A stretch of 64,000 nucleotides of DNA from a bacterium (GTDB lineage: Bacteria > RBG-13-61-14 > DATKZS01): positions 1,088,001 through 1,152,000 of the forward strand of contig CAXXFL010000001.1 of assembly GCA_963674965.2 (NCBI GenBank), read 5' to 3'. Below the pieces are notes generated by a model. The model was not told the DNA's origin and ran no database searches. It saw only the letters and a program-made list of their open reading frames with translations. This document shows, piece by piece, positions 59,703 through 64,000 of this stretch (its first letter is position 1; every line of letters starts with the position of its first letter). The translations under genes were made by a program, and so were the position numbers.

Positions 59703-60113
59703 ATGGGTCTCGCGAAAAAAGCGGCCGTCAGATCGGGCCTCATCTTTCCCGGATGGGGCCAGTGGTTCCTGGGCGAGCGCAAGATGGGCCTGGCCATCAT
59801 CGTTGTCGAGACCCTTTTGGTCGTCGTCCTGGGCGTAAGGATCGCCGTCCTGACCTACCGGTTGATCCTTCCGACGGGCAACGTCATGGACGTTCCCGTC
59901 GAGCCGGGCGAGCTGATCGGCTTTATGCTTTCGGGCTTCGGTAAGGTCCACTCCGCGGCCTACTCGGGCAACTGGTGGCTTTTAATTTTAATCGTCGCCA
60001 TCTACGCCTGGAGCGTATGGGACGCCTACTCCCGGGGCAAGAAGCTCGAACTGGCCGGCGCGTCGGAAGAGGCGAATTCGGGCCGGCAAAACGAGCAAGG
60101 AGGAAAGGCATGA
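59703..60113 (+). CDS. Hypothetical membrane protein
   Basis: SGLIFPGWGQWFLG...YAWSVWDAY pattern. AGGAGG SD. Confidence 0.7.
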   Translation: MGLAKKAAVRSGLIFPGWGQWFLGERKMGLAIIVVETLLVVVLGVRIAVLTYRLILPTGNVMDVPVEPGELIGFMLSGFGKVHSAAYSGNWWLLILIVAIYAWSVWDAYSRGKKLELAGASEEANSGRQNEQGGKA

Positions 60114-60892
60114 CCGCGGTAATAGTGGAGAATAAGGACGGCGTGGCCGTGGTGACCCTCAACCAGCCCGAGACTTACAACGCCCTGAGCTTCCGGATGG
60201 CCGACGAGTTCGCCAATGCCATGGTCGAGCTGGCCTCGAGCGACGCGGCCCAGGCCGTGATCGTCACCGGGGCGGGCAAGGCTTTCTGCGCCGGCGGCGA
60301 CCTGAAATGGGTTTCCGAGCACGAGGGCGGGAACAAGGCCGCCTTCCACCAGCTGGCGGGAAGGTTCCACCAGGGCGCTCTCGAGATAAAACGCATGAAC
60401 AAGCCGGTCATCGCCGCCATAAACGGCGTGGCCGCGGGCGCGGGATTCACTTTGGCCCTGGGCTGCGACTTCCGGGTCATGGCCGAGTCCGCTTACATGC
60501 TTCAGGCCTACACCTCGGCCGGGCTGTGCATCGATGGAGGCGGGACTTTCTCGCTTCCCCGACTGGTCGGGGCGGCCCGGGCCCTCGAGATAGCGGCCTT
60601 CGACGAAAAGATCTTCCCCGAAAAGGCCCTGGAATGGGGACTGGTCAACAAGGTCGTCCCCGACAAGATGGTCATGGAAGCGGCCTTGACCATGGCCGAC
60701 GCCCTGCGGGCCAGGTCCATTAATTCCTTTGCCCGCGCGAAAAGGCTTATTAACGAGTCCTTTTCCTCCTCGCTCGAGAGCCAGCTCGAGAAGGAAAGGG
60801 AAGCAATAGCCGAGTGCGGCGCCCATCCCGACGGGACCGAGGGAATCAAGGCCTTCCTGGAAAAAAGAAAGCCCGTCTTCAACCGCGAGTGA
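60110..60892 (+). CDS. Enoyl-CoA hydratase/isomerase family protein
   Basis: TLNQPETYNAL, AFCAGGDL, AAINGVAAGAG, EGIKAFLEKRKP. ATG 60110 after AGGAGG. Confidence 0.93.
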   Translation: MTAVIVENKDGVAVVTLNQPETYNALSFRMADEFANAMVELASSDAAQAVIVTGAGKAFCAGGDLKWVSEHEGGNKAAFHQLAGRFHQGALEIKRMNKPVIAAINGVAAGAGFTLALGCDFRVMAESAYMLQAYTSAGLCIDGGGTFSLPRLVGAARALEIAAFDEKIFPEKALEWGLVNKVVPDKMVMEAALTMADALRARSINSFARAKRLINESFSSSLESQLEKEREAIAECGAHPDGTEGIKAFLEKRKPVFNRE

Positions 60893-60908
60893 TTTAAGCC
60901 GGAAAGAT

Positions 60909-61502
60909 TCAGTCGTCCGAGGGCGCGCCGCCTTGGTTTTTATCGGTGGGGTCGTGGGCCTTGGCGTCACCCGATAGAAGCGCGCTCGCCCTAATTTCCT
61001 CGGGAGTCATGCCCGCCCTGGCGGCCCTGGCGGCCAGTTGAAGCCGCTCGAAAAATACCATGGCCTCTTTGACGTTGACCTGGCCGGATATCTTCACCCC
61101 CCGGGAGGAAAGGATAAAGAAGCTGCGGGGCCAGGCGTACCAGGTCATGAAACAAAAAAGACTGAGAACGATGGCGACCACGCCCCCGTAACGCGCTATG
61201 GGAAAAAAGAACATGACCCCGCCGGCCACGGCGAAGGAAAGGGAGGCCAGGAGCACTATGGGTCTTTTGCCGGTGCCAATAATAAAGGAGTCGAACTCGG
61301 TAAGGGGAAAGGCCGCGGCCATGGCGCCCCTCATAAGGGATAGGTGGGGCCCCAGCGCCCCGGTATAGCCGTTGACCAGGACCCGGTGGTCGGTAAGCGA
61401 TATCTCGCATGGCCGGGAAAGGGCAAAAAAGGGCAGCCTGTCTATTACCTTCTCTCCCGGCAAAAGACAATTCTCCGGCCGCGTTTCCTTGGGATTTCTC
61501 AT
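60909..61502 (-). CDS. Hypothetical membrane protein
   Basis: 197-aa ORF with two TM helices, in chain with neighbouring minus-strand genes. Confidence 0.6.
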   Translation of the reverse strand: MRNPKETRPENCLLPGEKVIDRLPFFALSRPCEISLTDHRVLVNGYTGALGPHLSLMRGAMAAAFPLTEFDSFIIGTGKRPIVLLASLSFAVAGGVMFFFPIARYGGVVAIVLSLFCFMTWYAWPRSFFILSSRGVKISGQVNVKEAMVFFERLQLAARAARAGMTPEEIRASALLSGDAKAHDPTDKNQGGAPSDD

Positions 61503-61517
61503 TTTATGAATTAACCG

Positions 61518-62099
61518 TTACTTGAGAGTGGCCTTGAGCTTGGCTTTGCCATCCTCGACGACCACCTTGAAGCGCACCTGTTTTCCCTTGTATTTCTCCT
61601 GGATGGCGGGCGCCTGTTTTCTGATGCTTTCGGCCAGCTTGTCCTTGGACACGTTGGTGGACTGGTTCAGTTGTTTTCTCGCCTCGACGAAGGCGTTATA
61701 AACCTCGTCAATATGGTCGTCCGATATGCCGCCTTTTTCCTTCCCGCGGGGAGGCGGAGGGGTCCTGCCCGGCTCGGACATCGAGTCGGACTGCGCCCTT
61801 AAGTTGGCCTTGAAGCGGTCGCGGAAATAAGTGCCGGCCTCGATCTGCTGAAGCGTCCGGTTCCAGTGCTGGTTATAGGCGTTGAACTTGGCCACTATCT
61901 GCTGGAAGCGGAACCTCAGTCTGGTATTGGTAATATTGATATTGCTCAGCCGCCGGATGTAGTACTGCACCGAGGTCCGCTCCTGGAGGGGGGCCCTCTT
62001 TCGGCTTCCCATGAAATACTGCTCGAACCAGTTGCGGAGGTCGTCGACCCTTTTCTCGAGGGCCGAAAGTATTTCCTCGTTGATTTCTTCATTCGCCAT
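61518..62099 (-). CDS. MXAN_5187 C-terminal-domain-like protein
   Basis: FEQYFMG..KRAP...NTRLRFRF...W.R.L..IEAG; VYNAFVEAR...VRFKVVVEDGKAKLKA. Start uncertain (62099 or 62147). Confidence 0.7.
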   Translation of the reverse strand: MANEEINEEILSALEKRVDDLRNWFEQYFMGSRKRAPLQERTSVQYYIRRLSNINITNTRLRFRFQQIVAKFNAYNQHWNRTLQQIEAGTYFRDRFKANLRAQSDSMSEPGRTPPPPRGKEKGGISDDHIDEVYNAFVEARKQLNQSTNVSKDKLAESIRKQAPAIQEKYKGKQVRFKVVVEDGKAKLKATLK

Positions 62100-62203
62100 T
62101 TCAGTATCTCCCGGCGCGGCGTCCCTAAAGTTATTATTATCGCCCAAACCGATTCGGTTGTAAAGCCCGGAGACGGGAGAAATATCAGAGGGCCTCCACG
62201 TTT

Positions 62204-64000
62204 TTACATGGGCTTAAGAAGCAAAAGCGACTCGGCCTCCTCCTCGATCTTTTCCGGGCGCTTCTCCGCCCGCATATACTGGCCGTTGTACCACAGGGTA
62301 TGCATGTCCCGGTAATGGGGGGAAAGCCACTGTCCGCTTTCGGACCCGTCGATGACCAAAAGCGCGTCGTCTGGAGCGCTCATGTCGATAATATGGCGCA
62401 TTACCGGACCGCCCATACAGTGGTAACGGCCCTTGCCTACCCCGCCAAAGCTGCTGGCGTTCCTTACCGTGTTGTTCGCCCCGGGATGGGGAAAAGGACC
62501 GACGCTCATCTCCTTGAGCGCCTTGAAGCCCATGGGATGGTACCATTTAATCGTGTGTAGCTTGCCCCACTGCCACGTTTCCATGTCCCATCCCTGGACC
62601 TTGGTCAGCCAATTGACGGCTTCCTCGAGGCATGCCACCAGCAGGTCGTCCCGGTCCTCGACCTTGTTTGGCGTGCGCTTGTCGTCGAAGAACTCGCTCT
62701 CTCCCTCGATAACCCACATCTCGACCGCGTGGTTGGCGCGTCCCTTTATAAACTCGTTGTAGTCCTTGCGCTTGAACTCGTCACGCAGGGTCTTGTCGGC
62801 CATGTAATGAATGGCGTCGTAAAATATGGCCGCCGCCGCGCTGTCGATTGTGGCCTCATAGTTCCACTCGCCGAGTATTTTCGCGGCCATTCTGACCCTG
62901 TCGTTCGCGGGGACCTTTTTTTCCACCGCCGCCAGGAAAAGAGGGACCAGGACCTCGGCCTCCTTCGAGTAGACGTCGTTTTGGATACGGCGCATGTCGT
63001 CGATCGAGATGGGCTTAAGCTCGTTCAGTAGCTCCTCGATGCGCCATGAGCGCCAGCCGGGCGCGTAGTTGCTCGCGAAAAAATATGGGTACCACTCCGC
63101 GTCGACCACCTCGTTGTTGGCCGTGGCCATGTAGCCCCGGGCCGGGTCCATGGCTTGAGGGACCTCCTCGAGGGGCACGAAGCCAGCCCAGTCGTAATCG
63201 CCGCTCGCTCCGGGGGAGGGCAAGGCGCCGATGCCCTTTTTCCGGATGGGCATGAGACCGCCCGGCAGCCAGGCGATATGGCCGTCGGCGTCGGCCGCGA
63301 CCCAGTTCATGTTCAGGATGACGTTGTGCTTCATGCCCTCGATGAAGTCGCCCATGCCCTGGCCCTTCATCCAGTAGTTATACATCATCCCCTCGTTCAT
63401 GATGGGGATAGAGGGGTCCATTTTATCCAGCTCCGCCTGGTACTCCTCGGGCGTGGCGCAGGAAATGAGTTTCTCGAACATGTCCGGGTCTCGCGAGAAG
63501 TCCCAGCCGACCCACCTCAGCGCCATGGGAGGCGTGTCCTTCGGGAGGTCGGGCATGACGTCGTTGATTATCGGGCCGTGAACGCTGTGCCTGACCTTGA
63601 TCTTCATCGTCTTGTAGCGATGGTCAGGGCCATACTGAACCACGCCCGGCCTGATCCGGATGGTTTCCTCCCGGACCGTGAAGTCGCGCCACTCGCCCTT
63701 GTATAGATACTGGCCGGGCCTTTTCGGGTCCACCGTCTCGACGTAAATGTCCTCGGTGTCGCCCATGGTCACGGTCGCGCCCCAGCTCAGCTTCCTCGTG
63801 TGTCCCATTACTATGTAGGGCTGGCCGGGAAAAGCCACGCCATAGGCGTCGATGCCAGCGCCCTTCAGATGCATCACGTAGCACAATGACGGCTCGATAT
63901 GCACCAGGTGAGGGTCGTTCGCAAGCATGGCCGTTCCCGTCTCGGTCATGGACGGTCCAACCACCCAGTTGTTCGAGGCCTCGCGGTTTGGGAACATGGC
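62204..64000 (-). CDS. Penicillin acylase family Ntn hydrolase (partial, 5' end outside window)
   Basis: A|SNNWVV, ANDPHL, TANNEVVD, WGKLH, SGQWLSPHY; paralogue of 37636-40278. Confidence 0.92.
   Translation of the reverse strand, partial: AMFPNREASNNWVVGPSMTETGTAMLANDPHLVHIEPSLCYVMHLKGAGIDAYGVAFPGQPYIVMGHTRKLSWGATVTMGDTEDIYVETVDPKRPGQYLYKGEWRDFTVREETIRIRPGVVQYGPDHRYKTMKIKVRHSVHGPIINDVMPDLPKDTPPMALRWVGWDFSRDPDMFEKLISCATPEEYQAELDKMDPSIPIMNEGMMYNYWMKGQGMGDFIEGMKHNVILNMNWVAADADGHIAWLPGGLMPIRKKGIGALPSPGASGDYDWAGFVPLEEVPQAMDPARGYMATANNEVVDAEWYPYFFASNYAPGWRSWRIEELLNELKPISIDDMRRIQNDVYSKEAEVLVPLFLAAVEKKVPANDRVRMAAKILGEWNYEATIDSAAAAIFYDAIHYMADKTLRDEFKRKDYNEFIKGRANHAVEMWVIEGESEFFDDKRTPNKVEDRDDLLVACLEEAVNWLTKVQGWDMETWQWGKLHTIKWYHPMGFKALKEMSVGPFPHPGANNTVRNASSFGGVGKGRYHCMGGPVMRHIIDMSAPDDALLVIDGSESGQWLSPHYRDMHTLWYNGQYMRAEKRPEKIEEEAESLLLLKPM

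Overview
GC-rich (~60%) chromosomal window, most likely from a deltaproteobacterium (Desulfobacterota/Myxococcota-like; inferred from gene content such as the MXAN_5187-type domain, a GEGP diheme lipoprotein and a short flagellin). It holds about 52 real CDS. These include flagellin with a sigma-28 promoter, a B12 radical SAM enzyme, a ZnuABC-type transporter, a TetR-TolC-MFP-RND efflux operon, a beta-CASP nuclease, a glycosyltransferase with two SGNH proteins, eno-mtnA-DSD1, two penicillin-acylase paralogues, three PD40 beta-propeller(/OmpA) paralogues with an AMIN-LysM gene, hisB/hisH/hisA, rfaE2, rsmB and mazG. The main discoveries are: (1) a Moco/Tuco-class riboswitch candidate with promoter and terminators, upstream of a diheme molybdopterin-fold lipoprotein and a porin, possibly an undescribed Mo/W-cofactor-regulated envelope system; (2) strong over-representation of the palindrome CTCGAG (hand-counted in the first 30 kb, still visibly frequent beyond); (3) a small mosaic island at 5431-7364 with an intact IS (21-bp TIRs, 8-bp TSD), an IS1595 remnant, a lipoprotein-like micro-ORF and a 38-bp duplicated promoter; (4) a perfect sigma-28 promoter on an uncharacterised gene; (5) a probable ATT start codon. 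I saw no rRNA, tRNA or CRISPR array. All family calls come from motif recognition by eye; no database searches were run.
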